Positions 56,512 through 64,000 of a DNA stretch of 64,000 bases are shown here, piece by piece. Every line of letters starts with the position of its first letter. The first letter of the stretch is position 1. The position numbers were made by a program, and so were the translations under genes. The notes under the pieces were generated by a model. It was not told where the DNA came from, did no database searches, and worked only from the letters and a program-made list of their open reading frames with translations. The stretch comes from a virus, in IMG/VR virus record IMGVR_UViG_3300007735_000800, positions 32,001 through 96,000 of that record. The stretch is one strand, 5' to 3'.

Positions 56512-57076
56512 ATTAAAAAATATGGAAGATTTTGTTAATAGAAGAGGTTCCAAGTATTGGATTATGATGAATGACAGCTCAAAGGCCAAACTACACAGAG
56601 AAGCTCATATTAAAAAATATGGTGGATTTTTTGAAAAACAGGATAGATTTTTTATTTGGAGATCGCCAGTAGAAGAAAAAAATGGTTATTGGCTGAAAAA
56701 TATTCATACTAACGAAAAAACTTTCTTCAGCAATATGAAAGAATTTGGGGAAAAGAATGGCCTTACTGCTGTAAAAATATGTGAACTTTTAAATGGAAAA
56801 AGAAAAACATATAAAGGATGGACTGCGGTAGAGATAAGAGAAGTCAAGGATGGAGTTGGTTCCAATATAAAAGCCAAAAATGAACCAAAAAAGAAAATAA
56901 AGGTTTTTGAAGGTGCAACTTTCCAAAATATGGAAACAAAGCAAGTGTTCTTTGTTGATAATATAAGTGAGTACGCAAAAGCAAATAATATCAATGGCGG
57001 AAATTTATATAAAGTCGCCAGGGGTAAGATGAAAAGCTACAAAGGTTTGAAACTTTATAACCCACTAGAACCTTAA
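56498..57076 (+). CDS. Protein with two NUMOD1-like DNA-binding repeats, no nuclease domain recognised
   Basis: NMKEFGEKNGL...KICELLNGKRKTYKGW and NISEYAKANNI...NLYKVARGKMKSYKG. Confidence 0.65.
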   Translation: MEIRELKNMEDFVNRRGSKYWIMMNDSSKAKLHREAHIKKYGGFFEKQDRFFIWRSPVEEKNGYWLKNIHTNEKTFFSNMKEFGEKNGLTAVKICELLNGKRKTYKGWTAVEIREVKDGVGSNIKAKNEPKKKIKVFEGATFQNMETKQVFFVDNISEYAKANNINGGNLYKVARGKMKSYKGLKLYNPLEP

Positions 57077-57082
57077 AATTAT

Positions 57083-57090
57083 GATAAATA
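57083..57090 (+). promoter_or_regulatory. Late promoter variant (GATAAATA)
   Basis: 6 nt before the ATG at 57097. Confidence 0.6.
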
Positions 57091-57096
57091 ATTTAG

Positions 57097-59457
57097 ATGA
57101 ACTTCAAAGATTTATTAAAATTAACAGAAGAAAGCCGCACCAAGGCAGATTCTTTCCGTACAACTGGTGAAGCAACTCAAAAAGAGCGAGCAAAGTCTAG
57201 CGCTCCAGATGCAAAAGCCAAAGATGCCGCAAGAAAGCGTGTAGAAAGATCTAAAAAACTTCCAAGGGATAGAATGCCAAAGGAGCAACTCATCCGAGAA
57301 GTTATCGCAGTAAGAACAGCCTCTGGTAGAGTACAATTAATCTTTAAAGATTCTTTCAATAAAAATGTACATACTAAAATAAATCGTGGCGACACTCTTA
57401 CCATGGAGGAAGCCAGATCTTTCACCCAGGAGGATGGGTTTGAACAAACAGGTGCTTCAAAACTTTTGTTTGGAGATGTCAAAACAAAAGAACCAACGGA
57501 TAAAAGAGTAGCAAAAAAGGGGGAAGAGGGAGAAGAAAAGGAAGCTGAAGCCGAGGCAGAGCCTGAGCCCCTTGAAAAACCAGAGAAAAGAGCAAAAAGA
57601 CTGTCTCCAGAAGAAATATTTGATTTGATGAGCCAAATGGGTCCAGAACAATTGGCTCAAATGCCATTTGAGGTCAGACAGCAATATTTTAAACAAGTAA
57701 GAAATCCACCTTCAAATGTTGATTTTGATAACGCATCATTTGAAACTTTAAGCACAAAATTTGGTATCAATCCAATATCATCGGTTCCATACAATCAACA
57801 AGTTTTAAATGCATTGGTATTCTTGGCTAAGATAAAATCTGGTGCCAGCGAACAGGAGCTGGGTACATATACAGCATTAGCCCCAAGTGCACTGGAGTTT
57901 ACAAAAAATGCATTCCTGCAGGCAAAGAAAATATTGTCACAAATAGGTGAACAATGCATTCAAAACTTAATATCAACAATTGAAAATGGAAGCAAGAGCA
58001 CCTTCAGTGAGGGTGGCGTTGATATGGAATGTGGAAATTATAAATTTAAAATGTCCGTTGGTGGTGAAGTCTCTTTGACCACAGATAAGTTTAATCAAGA
58101 AGGAAAAGGAATAAGAGGAATTATTGCCACCGCTATAAATCAAACTCTAAACAATCCTGAAACCATGAATGACCCAAAAGTGAAGGAATTTATATCAACT
58201 TCAGGACAAGTTGGATCAAAATTTGGCCAAAAATTAATAAATCAACAAACATTTTCATCTTTAAAGAATTCACCAGATGTTATAGAACAATTGAAGCAAA
58301 CAATGGTCTTTGGAGAAAATGGACAAGCATTGGGACCTTATGTTGATTCAAAAGGAAATCTTAATAAATTTGCATCTTTTGAGAATTATGAAAAAGAAAT
58401 AACCAAAGATGCTTCATCTTTGTTTAAATCCTCTAAAGATAAACCAAATGGTTTTGCATCAAATTTTGTAAAAACTGTTTTGAAAATGTTTTACAGGGGT
58501 GATGGAATAAAACAACCAGAATTTGCGCCAACACACATGATAACACAAAATGGGGTATTTCCCATGACGGATGCCTATTTTGATGAAATATCAAAAACTG
58601 CAGTTTTAACAATGAACAATGTTAAGCCACTGATCAGTGCTGCAAACATAGAATCGGGAAAGAAAAAACCATCTGAAAGATTGGCTCAATTTGCAACCGT
58701 AGTCGAAGAAACACAAAAGCAAAAAGAACCAGATATTTTTATTGATAGATCAAATATAAATCCATTGCAATTAGCAATGGCTTCTATATCACAAAGCATG
58801 GAATTTGATATCAATGCCAGTCTTTTACCTGGATTCTCTCCAAAAGACCTTAATGCTATACAATATAATATAGTAAGAATCGGTAAAAAGACTGTAAGAA
58901 TCCCAGTTGAGAGAAATGACACAGTTACAAATGAGATAATGGCAGAGAGTCATATACTGGTAAATGATATTTTAGTTGAATCTTTGACAAATAATTTTGT
59001 TTTGAATACATTGCTAGCATCAAGATTGATGACTAAAGATGAAGCAATATCAATTACTTCTGAAAACTTTTTGCTGGAAAGTGCAAATCCGATAAGATCA
59101 ATATATGAAAGAGTATTGACCAGAGTTAACAAAAATCCAGAGATGTTGATTGCAGTATTGAACAAATACAATTCTTATCTCTATGAAAAATATGTCCGTG
59201 ATTACAAAATGGAATACCGAAATTATCATGGAAAAGCAAAACAGAGAAAAGAAAGAGCAAAAAGAACAGCAGCTAGAGAAAATCTCATTAAAAAGGGAAG
59301 AGTAAAAAAGGGAGATGGTAAAGATATTGACCATAAAAAACCACTAAGAAGTGGTGGTTCAAATGGTATAAATAATTTACGAATCAGAAATAAATCTGAA
59401 AATAGAGCTGATAACGGCCACAAAAAAGGTGAAAAACAAAACAAGGATTGGAAATGA
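57097..59457 (+). CDS. Large putative internal head protein with C-terminal HNH nuclease domain
   Basis: N-terminal MNFKDLLKLTEE; C-terminal DIDHKKPLRSGGSNGINNLRIRNKSENR (HNH). Confidence 0.65.
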   Translation: MNFKDLLKLTEESRTKADSFRTTGEATQKERAKSSAPDAKAKDAARKRVERSKKLPRDRMPKEQLIREVIAVRTASGRVQLIFKDSFNKNVHTKINRGDTLTMEEARSFTQEDGFEQTGASKLLFGDVKTKEPTDKRVAKKGEEGEEKEAEAEAEPEPLEKPEKRAKRLSPEEIFDLMSQMGPEQLAQMPFEVRQQYFKQVRNPPSNVDFDNASFETLSTKFGINPISSVPYNQQVLNALVFLAKIKSGASEQELGTYTALAPSALEFTKNAFLQAKKILSQIGEQCIQNLISTIENGSKSTFSEGGVDMECGNYKFKMSVGGEVSLTTDKFNQEGKGIRGIIATAINQTLNNPETMNDPKVKEFISTSGQVGSKFGQKLINQQTFSSLKNSPDVIEQLKQTMVFGENGQALGPYVDSKGNLNKFASFENYEKEITKDASSLFKSSKDKPNGFASNFVKTVLKMFYRGDGIKQPEFAPTHMITQNGVFPMTDAYFDEISKTAVLTMNNVKPLISAANIESGKKKPSERLAQFATVVEETQKQKEPDIFIDRSNINPLQLAMASISQSMEFDINASLLPGFSPKDLNAIQYNIVRIGKKTVRIPVERNDTVTNEIMAESHILVNDILVESLTNNFVLNTLLASRLMTKDEAISITSENFLLESANPIRSIYERVLTRVNKNPEMLIAVLNKYNSYLYEKYVRDYKMEYRNYHGKAKQRKERAKRTAARENLIKKGRVKKGDGKDIDHKKPLRSGGSNGINNLRIRNKSENRADNGHKKGEKQNKDWK

Positions 59458-60605
59458 AAGTCAAGAAACTTCTTGAAAAAGTTTATGCTAACTCTGGTTT
59501 AGGAAAATGGTTCAATAAAGAATCTGGTGGTGGTGGTCCGGGATGGGATCGCTATAACACAAAAGGAGATAGAGTGGGCAAATGCGGAGATAGCGATGAG
59601 GGTGAACCATATGCAGCTTGCTTAAGCAAGCAAAAAGCAAAGAAGTTGGGAAAAGGTGGCGTTGGTTCTTTTGTAAGAAGAAAAAGAGCTGCCCAAAAGA
59701 AGGCTGGCAAGGGAACTAAAGGTTCAGTGAAAGGTAAAGGGAAAAAACCTGTATTTGTAAAAACTGGAGTCACCGAAGTCAAAGAATCATATGATATATT
59801 TTTAGTTGAGGGCGCATCTTCTGTTTTCACTATGCAATTTTCACCTATAGAAGCGTGGGAATTGCTGCCATGTGATTTGATAATAAATGAATCGGGTGAA
59901 ATTTTTGATGTGGATTATATTGAAGAAAAGGATGGAATCTTAATTGTTGAGATGACCGACGAAATTGGAAATGAAATAACGGAATATTTTAATAAAAACA
60001 CTGTAATGGGATTTTTGGATAATTTGGAAGAAACTTCAAGTAATGAGTTTGGAGATAAGATTGAAGTTTATGAGAGTGAAGGTAAAAAAGTTAAATTAAA
60101 CAAAATAATGCGTGGAGATGTTAAAAAATATAAAGTTTTTGTTAAAAATGATAAAGGCAATGTTGTAAAAGTTAATTTTGGTGATCCAAACATGGAAATC
60201 AAACGTGACGACCCAAACAGACGTAAAAACTTCCGTGCAAGACACAATTGCGACAACCCGGGCCCACGATGGAAGGCAAGATATTGGGCATGCAAAACAT
60301 GGAGCAGCAAACCAGTTACAGCAATGTTAAAAGAAGAAGACCTCATACTTGAAGCAAAGAAGAATAAGCCCAAAGATCCCGCTAAATGGTCTTCCTGCAT
60401 CTCACAGGCCAAGAAAAAGTTTGATGTGTATCCATCCGCATATGCAAATGCATGGGCTGCAAAGTGCTATAAAGGCAAAGGAGGAGGCTGGAAGAAGGTC
60501 TCCGAAGATGTTGCCCACAAAATGTTAAAAACACTGGAAAATAAAGAATACAATCCGAATTTATTTGGTTTGATGGAACAAAGAACTTTTAACAGAGATA
60601 AATAA
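59448..60605 (+). CDS. Multi-module basic protein (three Cys/Trp-containing modules separated by acidic linkers)
   Basis: Modules GLGKWF...CLSKQKA, VNFGDP...RRKNFRARHNC...RYWAC and KFDVYPSAYANAWAAKCYKGKGG. Confidence 0.6.
   Translation: MEMKVKKLLEKVYANSGLGKWFNKESGGGGPGWDRYNTKGDRVGKCGDSDEGEPYAACLSKQKAKKLGKGGVGSFVRRKRAAQKKAGKGTKGSVKGKGKKPVFVKTGVTEVKESYDIFLVEGASSVFTMQFSPIEAWELLPCDLIINESGEIFDVDYIEEKDGILIVEMTDEIGNEITEYFNKNTVMGFLDNLEETSSNEFGDKIEVYESEGKKVKLNKIMRGDVKKYKVFVKNDKGNVVKVNFGDPNMEIKRDDPNRRKNFRARHNCDNPGPRWKARYWACKTWSSKPVTAMLKEEDLILEAKKNKPKDPAKWSSCISQAKKKFDVYPSAYANAWAAKCYKGKGGGWKKVSEDVAHKMLKTLENKEYNPNLFGLMEQRTFNRDK
60597..60604 (+). promoter_or_regulatory. Late promoter variant (GATAAATA)
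   Basis: Overlaps the upstream stop. Confidence 0.55.
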
Positions 60606-60614
60606 AATAGAACC

Positions 60615-61148
60615 ATGAAATTTAAACAATTATTACAAATAACAGGACCCATCTATGAAAATTCTGGTGAACAAACCTTTGGTGGTGGTTTGTTCATCGG
60701 TGATCCACAAGCACCAAATAAATCAAGTGCATTGACAGATAAAGGAACTTTCAACATAAAACTTCCTCGTTCTTTAGATGCAATTAATGCTTTGTTGTAC
60801 GGTCTTGGACAAAAAGAATACATTGATCCGGATTCAGTTCTTAATGTTGTAAAACAAAAATTAAATCATTTTGGATTTGATTTTCAATATATGAATTCCC
60901 TTCCAGATGGCGAGACTTTGATCAAGCTATTCCAATATGGAAGTCCATATATCGGTGTTTATGGAATGACTCCTCACCAAGACGTAAATGAAACAGGATT
61001 CTCTTCTGATGGTATCAAGGAAAAACTTGGTCACGGCTTAAACTTAAGAGTAAATATAGTAAAACAGCCAAACATGTTACGCAAGGTCGAACTTATGATC
61101 GTCCCTGCAATGGATAGTGAGAATTCTGATTGTGGCTGCATGCACTGA
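60615..61148 (+). CDS. Hypothetical protein, putative internal head protein
   Basis: MKFKQLL...IYE leader. Confidence 0.5.
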   Translation: MKFKQLLQITGPIYENSGEQTFGGGLFIGDPQAPNKSSALTDKGTFNIKLPRSLDAINALLYGLGQKEYIDPDSVLNVVKQKLNHFGFDFQYMNSLPDGETLIKLFQYGSPYIGVYGMTPHQDVNETGFSSDGIKEKLGHGLNLRVNIVKQPNMLRKVELMIVPAMDSENSDCGCMH

Positions 61149-61155
61149 TTTAAAA

Positions 61156-61551
61156 ATGCAAAACAATATTTTGTTGACAGAGGAAAATTTTATGCTCTTC
61201 TGCCAACAAAATTATTTTAATCCACATTGCAGTGGAAAAAATGAATTTATTGATGATTTAAAACGCATCAAATATATCAAGCGATTAATACAAAAAATTC
61301 ATAAACAAAAGACTTTAAAATCAATTCGGGAAAGATTGATAATAAATCACATAGTTATTTTAAAAAATGTATTTGGTGAGGAAAATTGTGCTAGGATATT
61401 ATTTTTTAGACTAGAACCTAGATTGCATTCTTATTTAAAATCTTTCATGGTATTTTTGGAATTCAATGTCAAGAATATACCAGAAGTTCAGTATAAACTA
61501 ATAAATACTGATCCTAGAGTAGACAGAAAATTAATAGGTGTAGAATCCTAA
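61156..61551 (+). CDS. Conserved T4-like hypothetical protein
   Basis: LTEENFMLF....Y.NP...EF.DDLKRIKYIKRL and LIINH.V.L.NVFG motifs of a family conserved in marine T4-likes. Confidence 0.7.
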   Translation: MQNNILLTEENFMLFCQQNYFNPHCSGKNEFIDDLKRIKYIKRLIQKIHKQKTLKSIRERLIINHIVILKNVFGEENCARILFFRLEPRLHSYLKSFMVFLEFNVKNIPEVQYKLINTDPRVDRKLIGVES

Positions 61552-61554
61552 ATA
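61547..61554 (+). promoter_or_regulatory. Late promoter variant (CCTAAATA)
   Basis: 6 nt before the ATG at 61561. Confidence 0.5.
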
Positions 61555-61560
61555 ATTTTA

Positions 61561-63318
61561 ATGGCTGGCAAAACTTATATACCAACATTTTATTTTTATA
61601 ATTTTGCTGACTTAGTTGCTTCACCATATACTAAGTTTGCCGCATATGCTAGTGGACTTATAGATGAAAAAGGCAACTTGACCGGAAATGAATCATCTAT
61701 AGATCCATTAGAATATTTTGTAATTAAACTAAAGAAGATATTTGAACAATTGCCACCGGGCGTTACAAAATATAAACTTGGAAATATTATGGGAATAATG
61801 CAATTATTCTCAGAAGAAGTTTCATATTTTGGTGTCACAAAAGATCAATTCAATTGTTTGGTGGAAGCTCACATAACAAATATTACGGATGGTAAAGTGA
61901 GCTATTTGGAGTTATTGGAAGATATGAGTACTGGAGGAATGGCTGGTGGGCTTGGGAAGCCTGCAGATGCGCCTGAAGCAAATAAGGGAAACGTATCAGG
62001 ATATGATCCTGTCATGGGTTCTCTCCAGAGCAGATCGGGACCAGTTAACATGATCGGTGCGGTAGAAATGTTTGGAGTTCCTTCTTCCGAATTCCAAATG
62101 ATGAAGAAAACAAATGCATATCCAAAAAATGCAACAGGAAATTATTTGAGAAGATTTGGATTGAGAAATGCCGATAAAAAGATGGCAATAAGGGATGAAG
62201 AAACTGGAGAGATTCACTGGCTCCCGGCTCCAAACAAAAAAACGTTTGTGGAGAAATTTAATTTGAATGATTTAAATATATTAAAAGAGTCTTTTATAGA
62301 ACCTGAAACAACTCCATCTGGGAATTCAGCTAAATCTGAAGTGTGGGCTTTAAAAGCTGTATCAAATTTTTTAAGTAAAAATTTTGAACATGTTCCATGG
62401 GAAGGCGAATTGGGTCCAGGAGAATTTGCTGTATCTACTGGTGGTAGAGGCAAACTCGATATGAAATTAAAAGATCGAGATGGTGTGGAAATACCAATAG
62501 AAGTAAAAAGTATAAAAGCCAACCCAAGTTATACTGCTTTTAATATGGATTTATCTACGAAAAATAATCCAAAAGGTGTAGCCACATATGCATCGACTGC
62601 TCACGGATTAACTGACATATATGATCCAGAATATGAAGAGCAAATTGATGACTTACTTAGAGGAAGTCCAATAGAAAATATTTCCAAACAATTAGAAGCA
62701 AGAGGAGAAAAATTTACAGCACATGGAATCCCGAGCATAGGGTATAGATCTCTTCAACAAAGAGGAGTACCAATACTCGGTAGCCCTCAAAGAGCAAGAG
62801 AAAGGGTTTTAGGCTGGAGAAAGGGACTGTTGGACATTGTTGGTAATGAAAAAAGAGGTGTTGTTCTTGCTGTGAATCCTGAGATGCGCCATATGCATGT
62901 TTTAAATATGGAAACTGGCCAGAATGGTTCTGCAGTTAACAGATTATTAAGAGATATGGGTGGTCTTGTTCCAACCGGAACAGCATCAACACCAAATGTT
63001 GAGAGTGGAATGTATTTGCCATATGTAAAAATGGCAAAAGGATCCAACCCAGAGGAAAGAAAACTAAGAAAAACCTTGAGAGATCAGGGAGCTAGCCCAG
63101 AAGAAATTGCAAGAACTTTGGCAAGTGCTAAAAAGGCTGGAGATATACCACAAGCAAGAAGAATGTTACGTGTAGATTATAGATTCTCTCCAGATGGATC
63201 TACTGATGATCCATGGGTAAGAAATGGTCAAATCGCATTTGGAGATTTGAATCTGGGAAATAGAGAAAATTTTAGAGATTGGGAAAAAGAATTAGAAAGA
63301 TTATCCAGAGCAGAATAA
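61561..63318 (+). CDS. Conserved T4-like N-terminal domain fused to a PD-(D/E)XK nuclease-like domain
   Basis: N-terminal PYTKFAAY..GLIDEKGN...KLKKI.E..PPG; internal GKLDMKL...PIEVKS catalytic-like motif. Confidence 0.6.
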   Translation: MAGKTYIPTFYFYNFADLVASPYTKFAAYASGLIDEKGNLTGNESSIDPLEYFVIKLKKIFEQLPPGVTKYKLGNIMGIMQLFSEEVSYFGVTKDQFNCLVEAHITNITDGKVSYLELLEDMSTGGMAGGLGKPADAPEANKGNVSGYDPVMGSLQSRSGPVNMIGAVEMFGVPSSEFQMMKKTNAYPKNATGNYLRRFGLRNADKKMAIRDEETGEIHWLPAPNKKTFVEKFNLNDLNILKESFIEPETTPSGNSAKSEVWALKAVSNFLSKNFEHVPWEGELGPGEFAVSTGGRGKLDMKLKDRDGVEIPIEVKSIKANPSYTAFNMDLSTKNNPKGVATYASTAHGLTDIYDPEYEEQIDDLLRGSPIENISKQLEARGEKFTAHGIPSIGYRSLQQRGVPILGSPQRARERVLGWRKGLLDIVGNEKRGVVLAVNPEMRHMHVLNMETGQNGSAVNRLLRDMGGLVPTGTASTPNVESGMYLPYVKMAKGSNPEERKLRKTLRDQGASPEEIARTLASAKKAGDIPQARRMLRVDYRFSPDGSTDDPWVRNGQIAFGDLNLGNRENFRDWEKELERLSRAE

Positions 63319-63344
63319 AAAAATTCCCCTTTCGGGGAATTTTT
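63319..63344. terminator. Bidirectional rho-independent terminator between convergent genes
   Basis: AAAAATTCCCC-TTTC-GGGGAATTTTT. Confidence 0.88.
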
Positions 63345-63561
63345 AATCTTGTATAAATCCTTTGTTACATTTATTTTCTGCGCACTGATTTCTTTCTCTC
63401 GCTTCTTTAATCACTTTATCGTCAGCATCCTTCCATCCAGTGGCATATTCCTGCCAATAAGGATCTGAACTTCCACCAACTGCCTGCACTGGAAGTTGAC
63501 CTCCCGCCATCCTGGATCTGTAACCTTTATCATAACCTTCACCAGGAGTATATTTTGTCAT
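63343..63561 (-). CDS. Small protein with ribosome-modulation-factor-like pattern
   Basis: GYDKGY...PY...Y..GWKDA two-helix signature. Confidence 0.45.
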   Translation of the reverse strand: MTKYTPGEGYDKGYRSRMAGGQLPVQAVGGSSDPYWQEYATGWKDADDKVIKEARERNQCAENKCNKGFIQD

Positions 63562-63974
63562 TTTGATTCCTTCGGAATAATTTGAATTTGATTTAACAGT
63601 TTATCCAATGCCTTTACATGGGCATGTTGCTCTGTAATAGCAAGATATCCTCTAATTTCTATTAGTTTTAAATAATCATCTTGATTAAAAATTGTTGTTT
63701 TCTGAGACTTGGAAGTTTTCTTGTTTGGTTGTTTTGATTTGGAATTTAATTCCTTACCCCATTGATTCAACATATCATTCATGTTGAGATAGTCTTTCAT
63801 TCCATCAACCATATCATCAGAATTGTTAATGTTATTCCACAAGTTTTTAAATTTGTCACTCATTGGTCCATAATAAAAGAAACCACCTTTGGGATTCCAG
63901 TTATTTGGATTGTTCATCTCATTGTCATCGCCATTTTGCCAGTTATTGAAATCATTATAATCTGAGTTATTCAT
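63558..63974 (-). CDS. Hypothetical Asn-rich protein
   Basis: 138-aa ORF with an AAGGA SD; low-complexity N-terminus. Confidence 0.55.
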   Translation of the reverse strand: MNNSDYNDFNNWQNGDDNEMNNPNNWNPKGGFFYYGPMSDKFKNLWNNINNSDDMVDGMKDYLNMNDMLNQWGKELNSKSKQPNKKTSKSQKTTIFNQDDYLKLIEIRGYLAITEQHAHVKALDKLLNQIQIIPKESK

Positions 63975-64000
63975 TTAAATCCTTAGTTTGTATCAAAAAT

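Noticed and set aside
1-64000. CRISPR array, rRNA, IS/transposase or integrase
   Set aside because: No regularly spaced repeat-spacer units, rRNA-like tracts, or DDE/tyrosine recombinase motifs were seen. The repeats found are all in-frame protein repeats.
1-64000. Stop-codon reassignment (alternative genetic code)
   Set aside because: Core genes are full length and tightly packed in code 11, with no systematic fragmentation and no suppressor tRNA in the window.

Overview
A 64-kb, gene-dense segment of a T4-like (Tevenvirinae/Kyanoviridae-type) myophage genome, read in standard code 11. It carries the head and tail core (gp15, 16, 17, 18, two gp19, gp20, 21, 22, 23, gp3), recombination genes (uvsW, uvsY, uvsX, gp46, gp47), replication and transcription genes (gp55, 45, 44, 62, regA, 43, 41, 61), nucleotide metabolism (dUTPase, ThyX, class II RNR) and one tRNA-Asn. 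The canonical T4 order is broken by an inversion of the uvsY-uvsW block and by several insertions. (1) A 13-gene AT-rich glycosylation island encodes Gmd, a His-type ColD-like dehydratase, an Fcl/ColC-like reductase, GT10, GT11 and GT25 transferases and three methyltransferases, which suggests colitose/fucose decoration of the virion. (2) A GT2-TPR gene precedes a collagen, fibre and lectin module rich in G-x-T-G/A motifs. (3) A reverse-strand candidate lysis cassette has a T4 T-like holin, a 3-TM holin-like protein and a u-spanin-like lipoprotein. (4) A late-promoter-driven rod-like hairpin of about 90 nt, probably an ncRNA, lies next to the tRNA. (5) A cluster of about 10 kb encodes putative capsid-packaged, prohead-protease-processed proteins, two of which carry C-terminal nuclease domains (HNH and PD-(D/E)XK). 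Sigma70-type promoters repeatedly show a 16-bp spacer and often a leaderless geometry. All family assignments come from motif recognition by eye; no database search was run.
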